Made by a program: the position numbers and the translations under genes
Notes under the pieces: generated by a model
Database searches by the model: none
The model's input: the letters and a program-made list of their open reading frames with translations, nothing else
Told to the model about the DNA's origin: nothing
DNA from: a virus
Taxonomy: Duplodnaviria; Caudoviricetes
DNA length: 55,091 bases
Virus record (IMG/VR): IMGVR_UViG_3300030329_005507
Span: 1-55,091 of that record
Strand: one strand, 5' to 3'
In this document: positions 17,564 to 26,030 of the stretch, one piece after another
Layout of the letters: each line of letters starts with the position of its first letter
Position numbering within the stretch: the stretch's first letter is position 1

Positions 17564-18199
17564 ATGTGGGCATTAGTAGACGACTCAAATAAAATAACAA
17601 ATGTTTATGGAGAGTTTCCTTCGAGAATTACCATAAACAATAGGAATTACGATAAAGCAGAATTAAATGCTATGTCTGATTCTGAAAAATTAGCAATAAA
17701 AATATATCCTGTTACAGCAGCAACAGAATTAGATGATAAGTATTATATTTCTAATGATCCTACTTATGCAGTTGATGGGAATAAAGTAGTTGAAACAATA
17801 ACAAAATCTGCGGACAGAAAACTAGCTGATGAAGATGCTAAAGATGAAAAAGGCAATCAACTTTTACATGATGATGGTTCGAAAGTTATTAATTACGGAT
17901 TAAAAACACAAGCTAAAAACAAAGCAACATCAGATGCTGATGGATTGCTTAAAGATTTTGATTGGTTAATACAACGCAAAGTTACTGCTGATACTGCGAT
18001 TCCTTCAGATGTTCTTACATATATGGCAGCAATAAGAACAGACCATAAAGCGATATGCGATGCTATTGATGGTGCTAGTGATTTAGATGCCTTTATTGCA
18101 TTGCATAATGATACCTATAAAGGTGATGGTACAGTAGATGTTGTGGCGAGAGTAAATCGTTGGACTTCAGATGCTAATGTAAAACAGCACAGGAGATAG
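17564..18199 (+). CDS. Tail-fibre-associated protein/chaperone
   Basis: MWALV start and LLKDFDWLIQRK...IP...YMAAIRT motif directly after the fibre gene. Confidence 0.65.
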   Translation: MWALVDDSNKITNVYGEFPSRITINNRNYDKAELNAMSDSEKLAIKIYPVTAATELDDKYYISNDPTYAVDGNKVVETITKSADRKLADEDAKDEKGNQLLHDDGSKVINYGLKTQAKNKATSDADGLLKDFDWLIQRKVTADTAIPSDVLTYMAAIRTDHKAICDAIDGASDLDAFIALHNDTYKGDGTVDVVARVNRWTSDANVKQHRR

Positions 18200-18200
18200 T

Positions 18201-18374
18201 ATGGCAAGAGTCTCTGCAGAAAAAGTACAAGCGAAACTTGATACACATGAAGCTGTATGTGCAGAAAGATGGAAAGAAACCATATTGCGTATAAAACGTC
18301 TAGAAGCTATAATGATTGGTTTCTGTGGAACCACGATAGTTATGCTTATAACAATGTTATGGAGGCAAATGTAA
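18201..18374 (+). CDS. 57-aa membrane protein (absent from the ORF track)
   Basis: MARVSAEKVQAKLDTHEAVCAERWKETILRIKRLEAIMIGFCGTTIVMLITMLWRQM*; AGGAG RBS; C-terminal TM; TAATG coupling to the next gene. Confidence 0.75.
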   Translation: MARVSAEKVQAKLDTHEAVCAERWKETILRIKRLEAIMIGFCGTTIVMLITMLWRQM

Positions 18375-18829
18375 TGGCATTACCATTAATTGGAGGATTA
18401 TTAAGTTCTGTTGGCGATATTGCTGGGACATGGGTCAAAGGCAAAATGGAAGAGAAAAAAGCTCAAACAGAAATAAAAGTCGCAAAAGCAAAAGCAGAAG
18501 CAACTGTTTATGAAAAACAAGCGACTGGTGAGCTTGATATGGAGAAATCTTTAACAGAACAAATGGGTGGTTCATGGAAAGACGAAGCTTGGACTATTTT
18601 CTTTATTGCAGTTCTTGCAGGATGTTTTTTACCATGGACACAAGATGCAGTAAAAGAAGGATTTATATTCCTTGATGAAAGCACTCCTGATTGGTTTGCA
18701 AACTGTATCTACATTAGCATTAGTGCTTCTTTTGGGTATAGGGTTGGCAAAGCTGGTATGGGCATGATAGGAACCATTAAAAATGGTAATAAAATACAAA
18801 AAAAAGAATTAGTTAAAAAGGATGACTAA
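18374..18829 (+). CDS. Holin, 3-TM (GTA-holin-like) type
   Basis: Likely start MALPLIGGLL at 18374; GSWKDEAWTIFF motif, two further TMs, SASFGYR. Confidence 0.75.
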   Translation: MALPLIGGLLSSVGDIAGTWVKGKMEEKKAQTEIKVAKAKAEATVYEKQATGELDMEKSLTEQMGGSWKDEAWTIFFIAVLAGCFLPWTQDAVKEGFIFLDESTPDWFANCIYISISASFGYRVGKAGMGMIGTIKNGNKIQKKELVKKDD

Positions 18830-18831
18830 TA

Positions 18832-20676
18832 ATGCCATTAACAGGGATTGATATAAAACCAGGAATTGTAAAAGATATACCATCATACACAGCAGGAAAA
18901 GTTGGTCCTTATTGGATTGATGGTGATAAAGTTCGTTTTGAAAATGGATTCCCATCTAAAATCGGTGGTTGGCTTCAAGAAACTACAACACCACCAACAA
19001 TAACATCTTCAACAACATTAACAGCAGGAAAATGCAGAGCTATGGTTAATTGGAGATCTCTTAATGGTACAGATTATGTTGCACTTGGTACAGAAAAACA
19101 GCTATTAATATTATTAGATGGTCAATTTTACGATATAACACCTTTAAGAAAAACAAGCTCTTTAGGTGCAAATCCATTAACAACAGCTGATGGCTCTACA
19201 ACAGTTACAGTTACAGATAATTCTCATGGTTGTGTTTCTGGAGAAATTGTAAGTTTTTCTAATGCTTCGACATTTAATAATGTTACTATTGATGGTCCTT
19301 ATGAAATTATAAATGTTACGAGTGCCAATGCTTATGAAATAACAGCAACAACAACAGCTGATGCAACAGGTGCTGGTGGTGGCTCTTCAATAACAGCCAA
19401 ACATCTTATAGGTAAAAGTGAAGGAATGAATAATGCTACTGCATCAACAGCATTAGGTTATGGAACTGGTCCTTGGGGAGATTCAACTTGGGGAACAGCT
19501 CGTTCAGGAAGTGCAGTGACATTAGATTTAACAATATGGAGTTTAAATCTTTGGGGTGAAGATTTAATTGCAACTGTTAGCAATAATTATAGCTATTATT
19601 GGGATAGTTCTGGTGGAGTTGCAACAAGAGCAACAGTAATAAGTAATGCACCACAAACAAGTCGTTTTACAACTCTTTCTTTCCCTGATAGACATCTTGT
19701 TTCGATGGGCTCTTATGATAGTGGTGCAAGTGCACAAGATCCTATGTTAGTTGCATGGTCAACACAAGGAGATTATAATAATTGGACTGTGTCTGCTGCA
19801 ACAACTGCAGGAAGTCAAAGATTACAAGAAGGAACTAAAATAGTTGCTGCTGTAGGAACTCGAGAAGAAATTTTTATTGGTACTGATGAAGCGATGTATG
19901 GTATGGCTTTTGTAGGACCACCATTTACATTTGCATTTAGACTTTTAGGAACAGGATGTGGACCAATATCTTTAAGATCCATGGTAAATGAGTCTGGGAC
20001 AGTTTTTTGGATGGGAAGAAAGAATTTTTATTCTTTTGATGGTCAAGTTAAAGAGCTCCCTTGTCCGATGCAATTTCACATTTTCGATACTTTAAACTCT
20101 CAGCAAACACAAAAAATATTTGGAGTTTTAAATAGAGAATTTAAAGAAATTATGTGGTTCTATGTTAGTAATGATTCTTCTGATGAAGAGCCAGATAAAT
20201 ATGTTATGTATAATTATGAAGAGAATGTTTGGTCTTTAGGATCTATGTCAAGAACATCATGGCACGATGCTTTTGGTGTTAGAACTGTTCCTTATGCAAC
20301 AGATCCAGATGGTAAACTTTATAATCAAGAAACTGGCACAGATGATAATGGTAGTGCTATGACTTCTTATGTTGAAAGCTCTCCTATGGAGCTTAATCTC
20401 GGTGATTCCCCTGATGGAACCAATCTTTTTATGGTTGATAGGATAATTCCTGATGCTACTGTAACTGGAAGTCTTTCTATAACATTAAAATCTGCAAAAT
20501 ATCCTAATGGTACAGAAACAACAAAAGGACCATTTACTATTTCACAAAATACAGATAAAATAAGTTGTAGAGCCAAAGGTCGCCAGATGAAAGTTCGTTT
20601 TTCAAGTTCTGATACTGGAGATAATTGGGCACTTGGTCGTTTTAGAATTAATTTACGAGGAGATGGAATGAGATGA
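18832..20676 (+). CDS. Tail nozzle/tubular protein B (P22 gp10-like)
   Basis: WIDGDKVRF..GFPSKIGGW, WGEDL, beta-propeller-like body, C-terminal RAKGRQ...DGMR. Confidence 0.8.
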   Translation: MPLTGIDIKPGIVKDIPSYTAGKVGPYWIDGDKVRFENGFPSKIGGWLQETTTPPTITSSTTLTAGKCRAMVNWRSLNGTDYVALGTEKQLLILLDGQFYDITPLRKTSSLGANPLTTADGSTTVTVTDNSHGCVSGEIVSFSNASTFNNVTIDGPYEIINVTSANAYEITATTTADATGAGGGSSITAKHLIGKSEGMNNATASTALGYGTGPWGDSTWGTARSGSAVTLDLTIWSLNLWGEDLIATVSNNYSYYWDSSGGVATRATVISNAPQTSRFTTLSFPDRHLVSMGSYDSGASAQDPMLVAWSTQGDYNNWTVSAATTAGSQRLQEGTKIVAAVGTREEIFIGTDEAMYGMAFVGPPFTFAFRLLGTGCGPISLRSMVNESGTVFWMGRKNFYSFDGQVKELPCPMQFHIFDTLNSQQTQKIFGVLNREFKEIMWFYVSNDSSDEEPDKYVMYNYEENVWSLGSMSRTSWHDAFGVRTVPYATDPDGKLYNQETGTDDNGSAMTSYVESSPMELNLGDSPDGTNLFMVDRIIPDATVTGSLSITLKSAKYPNGTETTKGPFTISQNTDKISCRAKGRQMKVRFSSSDTGDNWALGRFRINLRGDGMR

Positions 20677-20927
20677 CAACAGGAACTAGAAGAGGAAGAT
20701 TACCAAGTGCTCCTGCAGAGTATAATGTTAGATGGGGAAATACTTTAATTAATCAATTAGAATTAAATTTATCAAATACTAATTTAGCAGCATCTTCGGA
20801 AAATTATAATGTTTCAAATGTAACATTAGATAGAACAATGGATGCAGACTCAACAACATTAGCAGAATTAGCAGATGTCCTTGGGACATTGATTACAGAT
20901 TTAAAGAATAGAGGAGTAATAGGATAA
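20673..20927 (+). CDS. Small tail-associated protein
   Basis: LPSAPAEY motif; coupled to both neighbours. Confidence 0.65.
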   Translation: MTTGTRRGRLPSAPAEYNVRWGNTLINQLELNLSNTNLAASSENYNVSNVTLDRTMDADSTTLAELADVLGTLITDLKNRGVIG

Positions 20928-22435
20928 TGGCTGAAATAGATACAGGAATAATTGGTTCTGGATTAGGAACTTTAGGATCTCTTACAGATCCAGAAACAGG
21001 TATACCATATAAAACAGATTATTATAGTACACCTTTTGATGATAAATCTGGTGGTGGTTATTTTTATGGAACAGGATTTAATCCTTCCCAAAGATTTATT
21101 TACCAAAGACTAAGAAGAGATTCTGGTGGCGATCCTATTAAAATGTTTGAACAGTGGGAAACTTTTTCTGATGAAGATAAAGCTTGGATTGCAGAAGCAG
21201 ACCAAAGAAGAGATGAATTAACTCCTGAAGAAATTTCAACCATAGATATTTTAAAACAAGTTGGTGGAGAAGCTATTAAACCATTCCTTCAAGAAGCATC
21301 CAAAGCAGCATTATATTCTTCTGGTAATACATTAGGAAGTCTTGGTTTTGATCCTTTGGGTTCAGATGCTAGATTAACAGAAGCAGTAAAAGCAGATATG
21401 GGCACTGATTCTGTAGGAATGTATTCTCTTAAAAAAGCAACACCTTTTATGAAAACTCAAGGAGAAGAACTTCAAGCATTAGCAAATAAAGCACCAATAG
21501 GATATGAATATAGTCCAACACTTAACGATCCTTCAGTTAAAGTTGATTTTACAGACGAAAACGTTTTTATGGATAGTTCTGGTACAATTTACAATAAAAG
21601 AGGAACTTCTCCATCATACACTACAAGTTCAGTTCAGGGAACTGTCGCACCAAAACTTTCATCTTATACTAGTCCTGGTTCTTCAGGATATGGTATGAGT
21701 GCTGCTCCTTCTGCAAGTTTAGCAGGACAAGGAAATCCTACTACTGGACAATTTGGTTATAGTCAAACTACTGCTGGACCAACATCACAAGTAGCAGGAA
21801 ACATTGTAAGTGATGGGATTGCAGCTGAACCAGGATTTTGGAGTAAAGATGCATTTAGTGCTAGAGCAGATTCTGCATTTGCACCAACAGCCATGGCAAG
21901 TAATTTTGCTGTAAGTTTTGGTGTAAATCTTATAACTGGTAGGGGTAAGCCAAAAGAAAGAATTGAACAAGCAGCAGATACAGCAATTGGTTCAACCATC
22001 GGAACAGCAATCGGAACAGCAATCGGTGGTCCTATTGGTGGATTTATTGGCTCAACTATTGGCTCTATTGTTGGTGGTGGTGGCAGAGTTATTTGCAATG
22101 AATTAATGAGACAAAAATTATTAAGCAGAGAAGATGTTATTTTAGATTATAGATTTACAAAAGACTATTTAACACCAACTCATGTAAGAGGTTATCACGT
22201 GTGGGCAATATCTACAGTTAAACAGATGCGAAAAGGTCGTTATGTTAAATTCTGGAGACATATTGCGAAACATCGTGCAAACGAAATTGCTTATATATAT
22301 GGTAAAAGAGATAAACCAGATTATCTAGGCAAGGTATATAGGAAAATTGGCGAACCAACATGTTGGGTAATTGGATTATTCTGTGAAAAGTCTGATTGGT
22401 CAATACTTTATAAGGAGAAAAAAATTGGCAATTAG
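20927..22435 (+). CDS. Probable ejection protein with glycine zipper and C-terminal VIC...GYHxWA module
   Basis: GSTIGTAIGTAIGGPIGGFIGSTIGSIVGGGG followed by RVICNEL...RGYHVWA. Confidence 0.65.
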   Translation: MAEIDTGIIGSGLGTLGSLTDPETGIPYKTDYYSTPFDDKSGGGYFYGTGFNPSQRFIYQRLRRDSGGDPIKMFEQWETFSDEDKAWIAEADQRRDELTPEEISTIDILKQVGGEAIKPFLQEASKAALYSSGNTLGSLGFDPLGSDARLTEAVKADMGTDSVGMYSLKKATPFMKTQGEELQALANKAPIGYEYSPTLNDPSVKVDFTDENVFMDSSGTIYNKRGTSPSYTTSSVQGTVAPKLSSYTSPGSSGYGMSAAPSASLAGQGNPTTGQFGYSQTTAGPTSQVAGNIVSDGIAAEPGFWSKDAFSARADSAFAPTAMASNFAVSFGVNLITGRGKPKERIEQAADTAIGSTIGTAIGTAIGGPIGGFIGSTIGSIVGGGGRVICNELMRQKLLSREDVILDYRFTKDYLTPTHVRGYHVWAISTVKQMRKGRYVKFWRHIAKHRANEIAYIYGKRDKPDYLGKVYRKIGEPTCWVIGLFCEKSDWSILYKEKKIGN

Positions 22436-22793
22436 TGAAGAAGAAATGATGATGAAAGAGACTGTTAGAGAAACTCCAGTGGCACCGAGTGCACCAGCCC
22501 CAGCACCAGCTCCACAAGGAGTTTCTCCGACATTAAATCAAGCTATGGGTGCAGAGACTTCTGAGATGATGAAAGTTGCAGATCCAAAAATACAAATGGT
22601 TCTTATGTCTCGTCTTGAAAGTTTAGCTCCTGAAGAGTTGAAACAATTAGATAAAGTTATAGATGGTAGCACAGCAAGGATTTTAATGAAATTACTTCCA
22701 GAGCTTGAGCCATTAATGATGCAATTAGCAGAAGCTGGAATCGGTGGTGGCAATGCAGAAGCTGAGATGGGTGCATTAAGTGGAATGATGTAA
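22425..22793 (+). CDS. Hypothetical virion protein
   Basis: Probable TTG start at 22425 after AGGAGA; ends AEMGALSGMM. Confidence 0.6.
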   Translation: MAISEEEMMMKETVRETPVAPSAPAPAPAPQGVSPTLNQAMGAETSEMMKVADPKIQMVLMSRLESLAPEELKQLDKVIDGSTARILMKLLPELEPLMMQLAEAGIGGGNAEAEMGALSGMM

Positions 22794-23233
22794 TGGAGAT
22801 ACGAAGAGCAAATGCTTTAGATATCTCTGCACTTATTCACTTAATAATGAAAATGCACAGTGAAGCAGAAGTTAAAATACCAACTTTAGATGTTGCCAAA
22901 GTTACAGATTCTGTAATACATGCTTTGAAAGTTGGAGTTGTAATTGTGGCTACAAATGATGAAAAGAAATTAATAGGTTCAATTGGAGGTTATGCTGCAG
23001 AAGATTGGTTTTCAAAAGATAAAGTTTTAGGAGATCTTTGGTTTTTTGTTCTTGAAGATTATAGAAAAACAAAAGCAGGAATTTCTTTAATAAAAGAATT
23101 TATTAATGTTGGAAAAGAAGCTAAATTAAATATTAAGTTAGGACATATATATTTTGGCGATATTGAAAGAAAAGATAATTTTTATGAAAAGCTCGGTTTT
23201 GTTAAAGCTGGGTGTACTTATGTGGAGAAATAA
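22793..23233 (+). CDS. GNAT acetyltransferase
   Basis: IRRA..D start, FFVLEDYRKTKAGISL (motif A), FYEKLGF. Confidence 0.85.
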   Translation: MEIRRANALDISALIHLIMKMHSEAEVKIPTLDVAKVTDSVIHALKVGVVIVATNDEKKLIGSIGGYAAEDWFSKDKVLGDLWFFVLEDYRKTKAGISLIKEFINVGKEAKLNIKLGHIYFGDIERKDNFYEKLGFVKAGCTYVEK

Positions 23234-23236
23234 TTA

Positions 23237-24304
23237 ATGGGTGGTATGTGTACAGCTCAAACTGAAATAATCCCTACAGAAACTGATGTTCTTGAAGGGA
23301 CAGAGATACCTGAATGGGTATCGAAAGGTGGGCAACTTTTATTCGCTGAAGCAGTAAATTTAGCTGACCAGCCATTACAAACTTTTGATGGTGCTCGTCT
23401 TCCTGTTTATGGTAGATTAGGAGATGATGGTAAAGCAGCAGAATTAACTTATGAAACTGTAACAGATCCAGATACAGGAATGACAAGTCAAAGATTAACT
23501 AATCCTGCAGACCAACTTTCTAAATTAACTCCAACAGAACAACAAGCTGTTCAAAAATTAATGAATGAAGGTGGAGATTGGCGAGGATATATAGAAGGAA
23601 AGACTGGAGTTAGAGGAACAGAAGGTTTATTAAGCGACTTTACACAAAACATAGGACAACTCCAACCACAAGCATTTGGACAAGCAGATTTAGATAAATA
23701 TATGCCTACTTTTATGAGTTCTGTTGATCCTGCATTAGAAGATGTTTCTCAAACTTTTAATAGAGCAAGACAAGATGCATCAGCTATTTATGGTGGTGGT
23801 GCTTTTGGTAATGCTAGAATGGGAGTTGAGCAAGCAGAATTAACTAGGAATGAAGCTAGAGAAAGAGGAAGGATACTTGCTGATGCAGGTGTAAGAGGAT
23901 TAGAATTTTCTGCAGCACAAGCAGAAAGAGATAAAGCTAGAGATGAAAGGATATTTGATTTAACACAAACAGCTCGTTTAACAGGAGCAAGAGCTTATCA
24001 AGATGTCGCTCCTTTAGTTCAAAGTCTTTCCGAGCAAGAAGCTGTTGGATTATTAGGTGCAGGTGAAGCTGAAAGAACTTTAGATACACAAGCTTTAGAA
24101 CTTGCATATAGAGATTTCGTAGAGCAAAGGGAATATCCTTTTAGCTCATTAAATTTTGCAATCGGTGCTTTAAAAGGGATTCCTTATGAAACTCGTGAAT
24201 TTGCAATGCAACGTGGTGGTGAAGTAATACAGTCGCCAAGTGTGTATGGTCAAACGATAGGTGGTCTTGGTTCTCTTTATAGTGCATACAAGATGTTACA
24301 ATAA
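23237..24304 (+). CDS. Ejection/pilot protein
   Basis: Helical, Gln/Ala-rich; GGAFGNAR, EQREYP, C-terminal GQTIGGLGSLY. Confidence 0.65.
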   Translation: MGGMCTAQTEIIPTETDVLEGTEIPEWVSKGGQLLFAEAVNLADQPLQTFDGARLPVYGRLGDDGKAAELTYETVTDPDTGMTSQRLTNPADQLSKLTPTEQQAVQKLMNEGGDWRGYIEGKTGVRGTEGLLSDFTQNIGQLQPQAFGQADLDKYMPTFMSSVDPALEDVSQTFNRARQDASAIYGGGAFGNARMGVEQAELTRNEARERGRILADAGVRGLEFSAAQAERDKARDERIFDLTQTARLTGARAYQDVAPLVQSLSEQEAVGLLGAGEAERTLDTQALELAYRDFVEQREYPFSSLNFAIGALKGIPYETREFAMQRGGEVIQSPSVYGQTIGGLGSLYSAYKMLQ

Positions 24305-25842
24305 TGGTAGATTTTACGAAAAAATTACTGCAATTAGGTGCTTCTGGAACTAATCCTAATAATTTGAATCCTCAGTTGGGTGCACTTGCTCCGTACATAA
24401 ATCTTATGGAAAGTGTATATCCTCAACAGAATCTTCTTTCTCCTGAAGAGCAAGCATTCCTGTTCTTTACTAAGATGGCAGAAGAATCTTCAAAACCTGG
24501 AGCAACAGCGATAGGTGCAGCAGGAACTGCAGGTCAAGAATTCCTTAAAACAAAGATGGCACAAAAGCAGTTAGACCAAACAAGAAGCAAAGATATATTG
24601 ACTGGTGCTGTATCACTATCAGCTGCATTAAATAAACCAAAAACAATTAAAAATTTAGATATTGGTGTTGCAACTTATTTGTCTGAAGCAGATGCATTAG
24701 CACAATACCCAAAAGCGAAATTTGGAGATTTTTACAAAAGTATAACTGCTCCCAATGATACTATGATAGGAACTCCTATTTTAAATGCTCAAGGAAATCA
24801 AATGGGTATTAAAGGAACTTATTTAAATGAAACTTTAGACAGTGCATTTTTAATGCCATTAAGTACTGCAGCTTCAAGCTACAAAGCTTCTGAGCTTGGA
24901 GATATTTTTTGGCAGTATGCACCAACTATAGAAGAAGCTAAAGAAAAAGCAAGAAAGTTTTTAATCGAATCTGGTATACCTTCTGGTGCTGCTGGATTTG
25001 AAAATGTTATCAATCAAATTGTTACAACAGATTCAAATCTAGATGGTCAACGTTTTATCTCTGGAGATTCTTATAAAGCTTTCGGTGTTGGTGTTAAGAA
25101 TGGTGTAGTTGAAAGTATCTTTATGAAAACACCAGATAAAAGTCAAGATCCACCAATTGTTAAAATAAGAGACGAAAGATTAAAACTTTTAAATAAAACG
25201 TTAGATACAACAAGGAATAAATCTAGGAATGTTTTACCAAGAACAGATGGACTTATGGAAGCATTATTATCTGGCAACACTGACACAGGAATATTAACGA
25301 ATTTATTTTTACCATTTAAACAAATTTCTAGACAAATATTCGGTACAGATAGTGCTGCAGTTAGTGCTGCAGAGAATATTCAAGCTATGTCTTTTGCATT
25401 AGCACCATTAATGCGTCCAGTTGGTTCAGGTTCAACTTCTGATATGGAATTTAGAGCTTATCAAAAAGCTGTATTAGATTTAACAAATACTCCGATGCAA
25501 AATTATATTAGTTTATATGTTTTAAGAAAAAGCACAGAGAATAATGAAAAACTTGCTGAAAGAGAGCAGGAGCTTTGGAACAATCCTAAGCTTTCTCCAG
25601 AAGCCATAAATAAAACTATTAATGCAATGGACAAAGGAATATTTTATAAGTTCCCAGGAAACTCTGAAGAAGTTATGGCTATGCCAGAAGGAGACGAGAA
25701 AATAGCTGCAGAGAAAAAAGAAGTTCAAGATTGGTGGGACACTGTTCCTCAAGGTGGAGTTGCTATTAATAACGTACCACATATAACAGGGAAATGGAAA
25801 GATTATCCATATCTTATTAAAGGCTGGAAAGGACAACTGTAA
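24304..25842 (+). CDS. Ejection/DNA-transfer protein
   Basis: MRPVGSGSTSDMEF motif; position among the ejection genes. Confidence 0.6.
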   Translation: MVDFTKKLLQLGASGTNPNNLNPQLGALAPYINLMESVYPQQNLLSPEEQAFLFFTKMAEESSKPGATAIGAAGTAGQEFLKTKMAQKQLDQTRSKDILTGAVSLSAALNKPKTIKNLDIGVATYLSEADALAQYPKAKFGDFYKSITAPNDTMIGTPILNAQGNQMGIKGTYLNETLDSAFLMPLSTAASSYKASELGDIFWQYAPTIEEAKEKARKFLIESGIPSGAAGFENVINQIVTTDSNLDGQRFISGDSYKAFGVGVKNGVVESIFMKTPDKSQDPPIVKIRDERLKLLNKTLDTTRNKSRNVLPRTDGLMEALLSGNTDTGILTNLFLPFKQISRQIFGTDSAAVSAAENIQAMSFALAPLMRPVGSGSTSDMEFRAYQKAVLDLTNTPMQNYISLYVLRKSTENNEKLAEREQELWNNPKLSPEAINKTINAMDKGIFYKFPGNSEEVMAMPEGDEKIAAEKKEVQDWWDTVPQGGVAINNVPHITGKWKDYPYLIKGWKGQL

Positions 25843-26030
25843 TGATGGAAAGTTTTGCAAATTTTTTACATAGAGTTTTTATAGCAGATAATTCTGAAGA
25901 TTTAAGTAAATTAACTAAAAAACAGCTTGAATTAAAAGGTCGTGAAATAGGAATAGAATTAGACAGGAGATACAAAAAAGAAACTCTTGTAGAAATTTTA
26001 GAAAAAGCAATGAGAGCACCTAATGGCTGA
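25842..26030 (+). CDS. Small Rho-N/HeH-like nucleic-acid-binding protein
   Basis: LSKLTKKQLELKGREIGIELDRRYKKETLV. Confidence 0.6.
   Translation: MMESFANFLHRVFIADNSEDLSKLTKKQLELKGREIGIELDRRYKKETLVEILEKAMRAPNG

Noticed and set aside
18257-18373. N-terminal extension of the holin ORF as given in the track
   Set aside because: This interval belongs to the 18201-18374 gene in another frame; the coupled ATG at 18374 is the better start.
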